DNA of 64,000 bases from Heterodontus francisci (taxonomy: Eukaryota), in contig NC_090372.1 in NCBI RefSeq assembly GCF_036365525.1, positions 109,160,380 to 109,224,379 on the forward strand, in the 5' to 3' direction. Positions 46,235 to 58,039 of this stretch are shown here, piece by piece. The notes under the pieces were generated by a model, which did not search any database, was not told where the DNA came from, and worked only from the letters and a program-made list of their open reading frames with translations. Position 1 is the stretch's first letter. Each line of letters opens with the position of its first letter. Made by a program: the position numbers and the translations under genes.

Positions 46235-49200
46235 ATGGCATTAGCAGCTGCTGCAATTTTCTCAGAAAGGAGATTGTGACCCTTAGTGACATGGAAACTT
46301 TAACCAAGATTGAACTAAAAGATCCGGCAACACAATTGGGGTTAGAATTGAAATGATCCGCTAAAAAAGCAGAGATAATTGATGTAATAGCCCAACATTT
46401 GAAATTGGAAGAAGAAGAAGAAGAAGATTGTAAATCAGAGAGCGATGCAGTGGAATTAGTTAAAATTCAGTTATGGATGAGGCACTCTGAGCTTCAATAG
46501 GAGAAAGAAATAGCAACAGGAAAATTTGAATTGGAAAAAGAGAGAAAGTGAGAGAGAAGCAAGAGAATTTAAATTAAAAGAGATGGAACTAAGACAAAGG
46601 GGTGGTCTTGAGTCCAGTGAAACTTCTGGTCAGGAAGAATCTGAATCCAGGCCAGGACCCAGGGAAAAGCTGTTTAAATTTATACAAGCTCCCCTAAGTT
46701 TGAGGAAAGGGACGTAGAGGCATTTTTCATTTCTTTTGAAAAAATAGCCAAACAAATGAAATGGCCAAAGGAAAGCTGGAAACTGCTGATGCAAAGCAGG
46801 TTGATGGGCAGAGCTCATGAAGTTTATGCCATGCTTTCTGAAGAGGCTTCTGCAGATCATGAGATAGCAAAAAATGCTATCTGAAGCTTACCGACAGAAG
46901 TATTGGAACCTCCAGAGATTGGCTGGGCAGACTTATGTATAATTTGAGAGGCTAAAGAAAATTAATTTTGATTGTTGGATACGGGCAGTAAAGATGGAAG
47001 CCATGTATGAGAACCTCAGAGAACTGATTCTCTTGGAAGAGTTTAAAAATTCAATCCCTCCAGTAGTGAGAACTCATGTAGAGAACCAAAAAGTTTCAAA
47101 AGCCAGGCAAGAAGCAGAAATCGTTGATGATTTTGAGCTTGTGAATAAGCCAGAACCCTTTGTCCATCATCCCCACAAACCCGAGAAGGATGGAAAGTGG
47201 GAAAGTGAAAGAAAGGCAAGTAGCTGGGGTACAAGAAGGAACAGCTGGGTACGTCCCAGGATCCCCTTCTCAGGCCAGAAAGGAAGGTGCTGAGGGTAGA
47301 AGTAAGGACCGCAAGCTGAAGTGTTATCATTGCCACAAGGTGGGATATCTTCGTTCAGAATGCTGGAAGTTGTGAGGTAAACCCAGCAGACTTGTTGGGA
47401 TACACAAAGCTAATGCAGAGAAAGGGTCTGTGACTGAGAGTACAGCAGAATAGACTGTAGCTTTAATGGCAGCTGTAAAAACAGATACAAAAACCAAAGT
47501 GAGTGTAGAAGTTGAGAATAATATATCTGAATGGTATAGGGGATTCTTGTCAAAAGGAAAAGTAACTCCATATCCCTCAAGTGAGGCAGGCAAACTTATT
47601 GTTATACGCAGGGATACAGGAGCAACCGAAACTTTTGCTGGGGAAAGGTATAACATTTCCACCAAAGAACACACTCAACAGAAAAGTTTTAGTTAATGGT
47701 ATTGTGGGGAGTATATACCCGTACCTTTGTATCAAGTGCACCCAGCGTGTGACGTAATGTCTGGGATGGTAACTGTAGGAATGGTCCATTGTATGCCGGT
47801 TGAGGGAATTGACCTACTCCGAGGGAATGATTTGGCTGGAGTGAAAGTATCAGTTTCTCCTGTAGTCACAGAGAAACCAAGTGAAGTTAAAGAAACAGAA
47901 CAATTACAGGAACTAGTTCCAGGAATATTTCCTGCGTGTGCAGTAACCCGTGCCATGGTTAAGCAAGTTCCATTGTCGGAGGTAAAATTGGCATCACAGA
48001 TAGCCGAGTGCCTGAAACTTTGCTTGGGGATTTAGATAATCCAAATGAGATGTTTAACAAATCTTCTTTAATCACAGCAAGCTGATCCAGAGTTACATAG
48101 ATAGTGCAGTCGGCTCTGACAGAAGCTGAGACAAAAGGAGTTCCAGAAGGCTATTATGTTGAAGGCGGGGTTCTAATGAGGAAACAGAGACCGCCTCATA
48201 GACCTGCGGATGAAGAATGGATGCTAGTGATACCATCTAAATATCACCAGGAATTATTAAGGTTAGCACATGACATTCCTCTAGCAGGCCATATGGGAAT
48301 CTAGAAGACCAAATTAACATTATTACTGGCCAGGCCTTACAAAGGAAGTGGTGCAGTTTTGTAGAACATGCCATACGTGCCAAATGGTGGGAAAACCACA
48401 ACCTGCCATAAAACCGGCACCCCTAATTCCCATACCAGTTATTGAGGAACCATTTAGTAGGATGTTGGTAGACTGCGTAGGATACTTGCCAAAAACAAAA
48501 GCGGGTCATCAATATATACTCACTATCATGGATATGGCTACTTGAATTCCAGAGACCATTCTTTTGGGAACAATTGCTGCTAAAGCAGTAGTAGAAAGGT
48601 TAACCCAATTCTTTGAGATATGGATTCCCACTTGAAGTTCAATCGGAACAAGCTTCCAAATTTATGTCGTAGATATTTCAAGAAGTCATGGGCATTTTGG
48701 TATCAAGCAGTTAAAATCTTCAGTATATCACCCACAGACACAGGGAGCTTTAGAAATGTATCATCAAACTCTCAAAACAATGATTAAAGCATACGGTCAT
48801 GAATATCTCCGTGATTGGGATAAAGGACTGGACTTTCTTTTATTTGCCACGAGAGATTAACCAAATGAGTCTACAGTTTTTAGTCCTTTCAAATTGGTTT
48901 ACGGACATGAGATAAGAGGTCCTATAAAACTTATCAAAGACAGGTTCTTAGAACAAAAGAATGAATCTTCGGTACTAGACTATGTAACCGTGTTCCTGGA
49001 AAGGCTCATAAAAACTTGTAATGTGGCTCAGGAATATCTTAAAGCATCCCAAACCACTATGAAGAAATGGGCAGACAAGAACGCAAAGACCCGAACTTTT
49101 CAATCAGGGGATGAAGTATTGGTATTATTACTTTCACAGGGTGAACCATTAAAAGCACGGTTCAGTGTTCCATATAAAGTGGTCAAAAGACTTGGTGAGG

Positions 49201-51150
49201 TAAATTACTTGATTCACACCCCAGATTGCTGGAAAAAGAATCAGCTGTGTCAAATCAATATGTTAAAGCAATATTATCGCAGGGAGGAGGATAAGCCAGT
49301 ATAGGTATGTCAGGTAATAGGGGTAGTTAAGAATGAAAGGGATGGTGAGTATGAGGCAGAAGGAAGCCTACACAATTCTAAAATTGAACCTCCTACTATC
49401 TGGTTAGCTAATACAGATTGGCTAGGAAAATTGGACAACATGCTTTTGTACTTAGATGCAGAACAATGAGAGGACCGAAAAAGGCTACTCACATCATTCA
49501 AAAGAATAGGGATAAGCCAGGATGTACAACCTTAGCCACACATGATGTGGATGTAGAGGAATCCATTCCTATAAAACAGCATCCTTACTGCTTAAGTCCA
49601 GACAAACAGGCTCAAGTAAAAGCTGAAATCCAATACATACTGGAAAACAACTTAATTGAACCTAGTCAGGGTATACGAACATACGAATTAGGACAGAAGT
49701 AGGCCATTCGGCCCCTCGAGTCTGCTCCACCATTCAATAAGATCATGGCTGGTCTCTTTGCGATTCAAATTCCACACTCCTATCTACCCCTGATAATCTT
49801 TGATTCCCTTGCCTAACAAGAATCTATCTATCTCCACCTTAAAAATATTCAATGACCCCGCCGTCACCACCTTCTGAGGCAGAGAGTTCCAAAGTCGCAC
49901 AACCTTCTGAGAGAAAACATTTCTCCTCATCTCTGTCCTAAAAAGGTGACCCCTAATTTTAAAACAGTGCCCCCCAGTTCTGGACTCACCCACAAGAGGA
50001 AACATCCTTTCCACATCCACCTTATCAAGACTGTTCAGGATCTTATATAGTTCAATCAATAATCCCCTCACGCTTCCAAACGCCAATGAAAATAAGCCCA
50101 GTCTTTCCAACCTTCCCTCATAAGACACCTGCTCATTCCAGGTATCAATCTAGTAAATCTCCTCTGAACCGCCTCCAACATATTTATATCCTTCCTTAAT
50201 GAAGGAGACAAAAACTGCGCACAGCATTCGAGATGTGGTCTCATCAAAGCCCTGTATAACTGAAGCATAACATCCTTACTTGTATTTTCAATTCCTCTCA
50301 TAATAAAGGATAGCATTCCATTAGCCTTCTTTATGACTTGCTGTACCTGCATACTAACACGGCAGAATTCTGCAGTCGTTCTCCGTTTAAGTAATACTCT
50401 GCTTTTTTATTCTTCCTGCCAAAGTGAGCAACTTCACATTTTCCCACATTATACTCCATCTGCCAGATTTTTGCCCACTCACTCAACCTATCTATATTGG
50501 TCTGCAACCTCCTTATGACCTCTTCACAACATACTTTCCTACCTATCTTTGTATCATCTGCAAATTTAGCTACCATGCCCTCTCATCTAAGTCATTGATA
50601 TAAATTGTAAAAAGTTGAGGCCCCAGCACAGACCCCTGCGGGACTCCACTCGGCACTCCTGCCAATCAGAAAAGGACCCATTTATGCATACTCTGTTTTC
50701 TGCCAGCCAGCCGATCTTCTATCCATGCTAATATATTACCCCCTACACATGAGCTCCTACTTTACACAATAACCTTTCAGGTGGCACCTTGTCAAATGCC
50801 TTCTGGAAATGCAAGTACAGTAAGTCAGCGAGCTCCCCTTTATCCACAGTGCATGTTACTTCTTCAAAGAACTCCAGTAAATTGGTTAAACATGATTTCC
50901 CTTTCACAAAACCATGCTGACTATTCCCGATTACCTTGAGTTTTTCTAAGTTCCCAGCTATAGCCTCCTTAATGATCGATTCAAACACCCAACACCTAAC
51001 TCCAGGCAGCTGGAGTTCACCTATTAGTACCTAAACTTAATGGGTCAACCCGACTTCGCATAGACTACAGAAAAGTCAACGCGGTAACGAAGGCAGACTC
51101 CTACCAAATTCCTGGCTTGGTAGACTGTATTGACAGAGTGGGCAGTGCCA
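46235..51150 (+). pseudogene. Disrupted gag-pol of the Gmr1-like element
   Basis: Capsid/SCAN-like (FEKIAKQMKWPKESW...; YENLRELILLEEFKNSIP), zinc knuckle CYHCHKVGYLRSEC, protease RDTGA, IN HDIPLAGHMG...CRTCHTC...VDCVGYLP, then RT start PIKQHPY...IEPS | SWSSPI...IDYRKVNAVT...DCIDRVG. Confidence 0.88.
49672..50990 (-). mobile_element. CR1 LINE 3' portion inserted in the Gypsy RT
   Basis: Minus-strand ORFs SQHGFVKGKSCLTNLLEFFEE, KFADDTKIG and CAQFLSP. The 3' end is at 49672. Confidence 0.92.
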
Positions 51151-51793
51151 TGTGTTAACTGCCAGTAGAGTGAATGGGGGCTGTTAGTGGGAATGAATCT
51201 GAAAGAATCACTCAACACTCGGGTCTGCTCCAAATGTCAAACAGTTTATTGGGTTATGCCGGCGGGGAGCAGGTCACTGGGCAATCCAGATTCCTCTCCA
51301 CAGAACAAAGGAAATTCATCAATGGTTATACAGTTTCAAACAGTTACTCAGCCCATCCCAGCTGGACATGGTCCAATCATAGTGATTATAAATTATATAC
51401 ATTGATTAGTAGAACCAATGAAATGGTTTACTAGACATTGGGGGGAACTGTGTGGTCAGCTCATGCTCTTGGACAGCTAGGGGTTACCCATGTGTACATG
51501 ATGTCTTCCAGATCCCCTGCTTCACCGTCCTTGGGCCTTATGTATACATAACATCTTATCTTAACCTTGTTACAGGCTGGTGACTTTGTCAGCATTCCAT
51601 CTTTGTCAACATTTCATAAGGGCATCGGCGAGAGGTCACTTGATATGAGCATCTGCTAGAGGCCACTTGATTAAACTCTGCTGAATTTATGTGAATCATC
51701 CCTTGTAAGGAATGTGGTCAAGTTAGCTGAGTCCCACGATGCCTTGCAAACATTTCATTGCTAGCTAGAATTATATGTTATTAGTTATTCACA
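51151..51793 (-). mobile_element. Probable unrelated solo LTR-like insertion replacing most of RT/RNase H
   Basis: TG...CA ends and AATAAA on the minus strand (~51246). RT homology stops at 51150 and does not resume. No TSD seen. Confidence 0.45.
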
Positions 51794-52470
51794 TAATATT
51801 TAGTGCAGGTGCCTCTGCTCTGGGGATACACTTCAACAGGGGGCATGAGTGCAAAAAAATGTTTAAAATGTTTTCAACTTCTGTTTATACATTGTAATGA
51901 AACGCATTCAAAAATGGCGTTTCATTTCTCCAAGGGCAGAGGTGTTACAAGGTTTTGTTTTTGTATTAAAAACTTAGAATTCTGTGTATAGAAGTTAAGA
52001 CTTATTATTTATTTTCAAATAAATAATTAATGTTGTTATTTGAAGAAACCTGGTTTAGTGAGCTTTATTCTGGAGGACAAATAGAGTGTTTAATTTGGCT
52101 ATTCTTTGGTGGGTGGGAAACCTTCTTGATATGCTGTGACCTGTGGAGTCGTGGAACTGAATTAAAGTGCAATACTCCTGCCTTGGTTGCAACACTTGCA
52201 ATTTACTGTTGTTGTTATTTTCATGTATCAAATCTATTTCAAAGCAGCGGTGTCTTTTCCTCATAGCTTTGTAGACATTCTAAAAATATTTTCTGATTCT
52301 TATCAGACCAGAATGTGCATGAGTTCAATAATAGAACTCACTTGTAAATTAATCTGATACAGTAGTATCACAGTACCTAATCACATTTTCACTAAGATGC
52401 ATAATGTTTTGAATTGGAGAGCTGGAGGTGTGAGATTTTAACTCATTCAAAATCCATTCACTTACACAGG

Positions 52471-53178
52471 AGGCTGAATTTTGCAGTGGGCAGGGGGGGA
52501 CCCGTTCAATGATCAAAATGTCGGTGGCAATCCTGGCTCCACCAGGCCTGGGGATCCAGACTGGATTTTATGGTCCCCAGGCCCTTAATTGGCCTTGGGT
52601 AGAACTTCCACCTCATTGAGGTGAGAAGCCTCACCCAATAGAACTGCTCCACCGGTAACGGTGGCCACTATTGGAACTACACCCAGCTGCAGGAGGAAGG
52701 TGACGGCTGGCCCCGGAAAAGAGATATGTTTTTGAGGCCTCACCGGGGGCAATTGGTCAGGCCCAAGTGAGGCAAGGGGGTTGGTTAGGGGGTGCGGGGG
52801 GCATATTGTGCATTGGGGGCGGCCCTCCATAGGGCACAGGGTGCCCGATCAGGAGGGCACCCCCACCCAGCCCCCCAGAAAACTGCCTAGTTTTATCAGG
52901 CAGGTTTTCTGAGGTCTCAGCCGCCCACCTGCCAAGTGTAAAATACCCGCGGTGGTGGGCAGAGGCCCTTAAGTGGAAGATAATTGGCCACTTATGGGCG
53001 TTGATTTGCCTGGGGTAGGCAGGTCGTTTCTCGCCACTGCTGCCCTGTGTAAATTGGCAGCGGAGGTGGGAGTGGATTGGGAAGGGCCGCCCCAGCTTCC
53101 CACTCCATTTTACGCCCCTCCCCTGTCCCTCCCACCACCAGCCCACTCTTTTGGAGGGCGTAAAATCAGACACCCAAA
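52471..53178. mobile_element. Harbinger MITE (family of 44492, opposite orientation)
   Basis: Starts aggctgaattttgc and ends gcgtaaaatcagacaccc. The interior is the reverse complement of 44492-45226 blocks. Confidence 0.8.
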
Positions 53179-53184
53179 CATTAT

Positions 53185-55000
53185 GGCTGCAAAATTCAGC
53201 TTCATAGAGCCTGATATTTGGTGCCATGAGTGGCATTTTGCCTCCAAAATGGCACCCATGGCACATGCATGCACCTTTGGTGTTGGCTGCACCATTTTGG
53301 GCAAGGGTGTCAGTGTGCATGCAGGGGGTGTTCACTTGCAGAATAGGCAGATCATGATGTCAATCAGCTTATAACACTGATTTAATGCCAGTGCTGCCAT
53401 TTTGGAGGTCAACACTCCAGCTATTATCCTCTCTTAACCTCTCACAGCTGAACCTGTGTTCAGCAGCAAGAAGGACCTTCCAGTAGCACTATTTAAAGGG
53501 ATCATCAACTACTTACAGGTTACTTGCTAATTGATTTATTTAGGCTGTTACTGGAGATGTAGAAGTGTTAGGGGATTTCCAGAGTTGTTCAAAGTTGCTG
53601 AAGTCTACAGGGACACATGCTGTAGGATTTTGTCCTGACTTCAAGGATGCTGCACAAATTAATTGCTCCCAGACTTGGCTGCAATAGTATGCATTGCACT
53701 TGGCCTTCAGTATGAGAGGGAAAATGAGAAGAGGTGACACAGAGCAGGACAAGCTGTTGGGAAAAAGACAAGAAGGAGAAGGCAAAGGAGAGAAGTTATG
53801 CTGAACTTTTTAAAGCTCTGGTTGGGCCACAACTAGAGTATTGCATCCAGTTCTGGTCACCACACTTTATGAAGGATGTGAGGATCCTTGATAGGGTGCA
53901 AAGGAGATTTACCAGAATGGTTCCAGGAATGAGGGATTTTACCAACAAGATTAGGTTAGAGAAGCTGGGATTGTTCTCCTTGGAGCAAAGGAAATTGAGG
54001 GGAGATTTGATAGAGGTGTATAAGATTATGACAGGTTTAGATAAGGTAGATGAAGATAAGCTGTTACCATTAGCTGATGGTACAAGGACTGAGTGACACA
54101 GATTTAAGCCTTTAGTCAAGATATGCAGGGTAGATGTGAGGAAGAACGCTTTTGCGTAGCGAGTGGTTACGACCTGAAACTCACTGCTTATGATGGTGGT
54201 GGAAACAGAGACAATTGTTGATTTCAAAAGGAAATTGGATAGGCACTTGAGGGAAATATGCTTGCAGGGCTATGGGGATAGAGCAGGGGAATGGGACTGA
54301 TGGAATTGCTCTATGGAGAGCTGGCATGGAATCGATGGGCTGAATGGCCATCTGCCAGCACAACTGTGGCCTCAATGCAGGATGAGAACAGCATTGCCGG
54401 TGACTGTGGCCATGAACTTTTATGCATCTTGCTCCTTCCAGACTGGAGCAGGCATTATTTGGAACAACTCCCAGTTTTCCATCCACTGTTGCATGAGGGA
54501 TGTCACTGAAGCTCTGTATTCCAAGCAAGCTGAATACCTTTAGTTCTATCTTGCCAGAGCAAAGCAGGTGGAGCGAGTATATGGCTTTGTGAGAATTGCA
54601 GGCTTTCCTGGTGCAGGGTTCCATTGACTGCAATCATGTTGCTTCACAGGTGCCACATGTCAACTCTTGAGATGCACCTCAACCAAAAGAGATTCAACTC
54701 AACATCCAGTTGGTGCATGACCTTACGCAGCATATCATGCAGGTCAATGCCCAGTATCCTGGCAGCAATCATTCTGCATTTGAACCACCACAACAAACCA
54801 GAAGGTGTCTACGAGGCAACGAGGACTATTTTTTGATAATGGGGTTTGTAACTCCTGTCATGCTCATGCAATATGAATATATGAACTATAAATACAAACT
54901 TATCAACTAAACCTGAAATGGACGCTTTCCAGTAAAACAAAATGGCGTTGAGGGATCAGGTGACCTTTTCTTTCTTGCCAATACACATGAAACTGCAAGA
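53185..55000 (+). mobile_element. Old Harbinger remnant with HARBI1-like nuclease fragments, interrupted by CR1 (53795-54355)
   Basis: 54370-54850 encodes fragments ALPVTVAMNFYASCSFQ...SIHCCMRDVTEALY and IAGFPG..GSIDCNHV. The CR1 insert reads LEYCIQFWSPHF...RGDLIEVYKIM. Confidence 0.75.
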
Positions 55001-55205
55001 ACCCTGAGCTAATTTTCATGTCTGGACAAGTCTTGGCAAAGTCATTAAAATGCAAACTACCTTTCTGGACATAGTTGTGAGAAGTCATTAAAATGCAAAC
55101 GACCCTTCCTGTAGTAATGGTGCATTCCATCAACTAATTAAAAGCAACATTTTAAAAATTCTTTCATGAGATGTAGGTATTGCTGTCGAAGGAGGCGTGG
55201 TGAGT

Positions 55206-56008
55206 TGTTGCAGACTCTTCGGCTCCAAACTTGAAACCTAGAAAATGGATGTGAAAAGCTCTATTTTATCAAGATGGTATATGGATAAGTGATACCTGAA
55301 CTCCATTGCCTAAAAATGACCTAACCATCAGAAACTATTTATGAAGACAATGGAAAGAGATGCTTTGGTCTCATGACAGAAACTAGGTTTCTGATAAGGG
55401 TTTTTTAATAAGGCTGTTTTCTGAGCAGACAGAGACAGAGAAAGATCTATGCCAATGAAGAGAAAAGACCATGCCTATAATCACCGGGCAGAGACTCGAG
55501 TTGGGCTTGAACTCTCCACCTGAGGAACTGTACCAGGGCTTCACGATTGAACCTTGACTGGAGTATCATGAGAGAAATCTGCCACTGCAAATATAAAACA
55601 ACAGTGCATTCATGCTCCTAAACCTCCAGAGCTTTTCTTTATTGGACACAAAAAAAGGATTACAGGCCTGCATCATTTCAAGTCTTCACCCTGGGAAAAA
55701 GCAAGTGTAACTGAGACTCTTTAAATCACAAGACCTAAACACATGCTACTTTTGTAGTCACAATCTTTTCTTGAGTGTGTGTGTATCTGTATGAGTGTGA
55801 GAGTGGGTGTAATGGTGTATATATTCAGGTGTTGAACAATAAACATTTATCTTACTTTTAGAACTTGCTAGAAAACCTGCATTTGTCTGTTCCTGACAAT
55901 TAAAGCACTCAGGAGCTAAAACACTTTAATTAAACATGCTGTCTTTGGTCAGTCGAGAGGTGAAAAAGGGGGAGCCAACCCTATCAGCTCTCTCACCAGT
56001 CCGTAACA
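55206..56008 (+). mobile_element. Probable solo LTR
   Basis: tgttgca...ccgtaaca ends with (TG)n and aataaa near the 3' end, similar in layout to the 44222 LTR. No TSD. Confidence 0.45.
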
Positions 56009-56019
56009 CTCCGATGAAA

Positions 56020-56795
56020 AGTTTCGTCGCCAGTGCTATCAAAACGGCACTTACTCAGAAACAACCCACCTCATTGATGCTCAGTTTGGATTCCACCAGG
56101 GCCACTTGGCTTCTCGCCTTATTACAGCCGTGGTCCAAACATGGATAAAAGAGCTGAATTCAAGAGATGAGGTGAGAGTGACTGCCCTTAACAGTAAGGC
56201 AGCCATTTGACCAAGTGTGGCATCAAGGAGCCCTAGCAAAATTGAAGTCAATGAGAATCAGGGAAAACACTCCACTAGTTAGAGTCATATCTAGCATAAA
56301 GGAAGATGGTGTGGTTGTTGGAGGCCAAACATCTAAGCCTCAGGACATTGCTGCAGGAGTTCCTCAGGGTACTGTCGCAAGCCCAACCATCTTCAGCTAC
56401 TTCATCAATGACCTTCCTTCCATCATAAGGTCAGATGTGAGGATGTCTGCTGATGATTGCACAGTGTTCAGTATCATTCGTGATTCCTCAGATACTGAAG
56501 CAGTCCGTGCCTGCATGCAGCAAGACCTGGACAACATCCAGTCTTGGGCTGACATGTGGCAAGTAACTTGCACACCACACAAGTGCCAGGCAATGACCAT
56601 CTCCAACAAGACAGAATCTAATCATCTCCCCTTGACATTCAATGGCATTACCATCACAAAATTCCCCAGTGGGGGTTACCATTGACCAGAAACTTAACTG
56701 GAGAAGCCATATAAATACTGTGACTACAACTGCCGGTCAGAGCCTGGGAATTCTGCAGCAAGTAACCCAGCTACTGACTCTCCAAAGCATCTTCA
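56020..56795 (+). mobile_element. CR1-group LINE RT fragment
   Basis: GVPQGTVASPTIFSYFINDLPSIIRSDVRMSADD. Confidence 0.88.
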
Positions 56796-57299
56796 AGTAG
56801 TGCAGAACTCATGCGGACTCCTCATGATTTTGCACCCCCTGCTCAGATATGCAGCCACTCAACTACCTACAATCATTTATATTAGCAGGCAACATGAAGT
56901 TTAGGTGCTGGCTTCATCTGAAGCAACGGGTGTAGCATAATCCCACATCGTGCTCCTCATGCCCGTTTTCAGTCCCTGTCTAATTTCCCAACCTATGAGT
57001 TTTACTTTGTTATTTTTGACTTCTGATTCTAACACCTCAGAATAGTAATTACCTGCCAGCTGTCAATAAGATAAAGTTGCTCCTGCTAGATTCAGACAAC
57101 GTCCTTTTATGCAGTCACAGTATTCTCAATGTGAGAATGCTATTATGATCAAAAGACATCTTTAAAATGTTATTTTTTGAGACACAAAGGGGCATCTTTA
57201 TTTGGTTGTGGGTGATGCATTTGAGAGTTAAGCTGTCTTCATTTGAACAATAACTTGCACATTTTAAGCTATATTAGGATGAACATCTTGTTGGTAAGA

Positions 57300-57575
57300 A
57301 ACAAGACTTGCATTTATAAAGCAAGTCCTTAGGACTCCCAGAGCAGTTTGCAGTCAATTAAGTACTTTTAAACTGTAGTTACCGTTGTAGTGTAGGAAAC
57401 ACAGCAGTCAATTTTCACATAAGGTCCTACATACAGCAATAGGATAATGGCCAGATAATCAAATCTTTTTCAATGATACCAGTTAGCGGATAAATATTGG
57501 TGAGGAAGTTGGGGAGAACGCCCCTGCGTTTCTTCAAAATAGAGCTATGGGTTCTTTTATGTCATAGCTGTCCAC
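57300..57575 (-). mobile_element. Deu-domain SINE 3' portion
   Basis: aagacttgcatttata...aagtactttt...gataaatattgg...gggttcttttatgtca is the reverse complement of the 28350-28610 blocks. Confidence 0.7.
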
Positions 57576-58039
57576 ATTAAGGCCTGTGGGCCAGAGTCCA
57601 GCCCTCGAAAGGTTTCCATCCGGTCCGCGGGTGTAAGCTGCCGGAATGCCAGACAATGTCGGGCAGCTGTAGTAGGTTTGTTCAGACCCCGCTCCCACAC
57701 AACGGGCCTGTGCCCAATGGAGAGGCAGCATTCACAGCCTGCCTCTACAATCAACATTTAAGGTGAGTGGAGAGTGGATAGTGGAGAGCAGGGAGTGAGA
57801 GACACACAGAGAGTGGGGAGAGGTGGGGCGGGGGGGTGGGTGGGGACTTGGCCATTGGGAAACAGATACCATCGGGTCAGCATAGGTTGGAGGGAGAGTG
57901 GGAAGTAAGCGCTCGGGCAGTGCAGGGGGTCGTCACCCTTCTGGCATCATGGGGCCTAAGAAGAGGGGGAAAGGCTGCCAAACACAATTAGGGGACCACC
58001 TGACCACAAGGAAGACTGCAACTGGAAGTGGCGGTACGA

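Larger units (their letters stand above)
44222..52194 (+). mobile_element. Gmr1-like Ty3/Gypsy LTR retrotransposon (gag-PR-IN-RT order), decayed
   Basis: 5' LTR 44222-46110 and internally deleted 3' LTR 51943-52194, both TG...CA. TSD cttg at 44218-44221 and 52195-52198. PBS at 46118 and PPT aagggcagagg at 51932-51942. Integrase lies upstream of RT. Confidence 0.9.
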
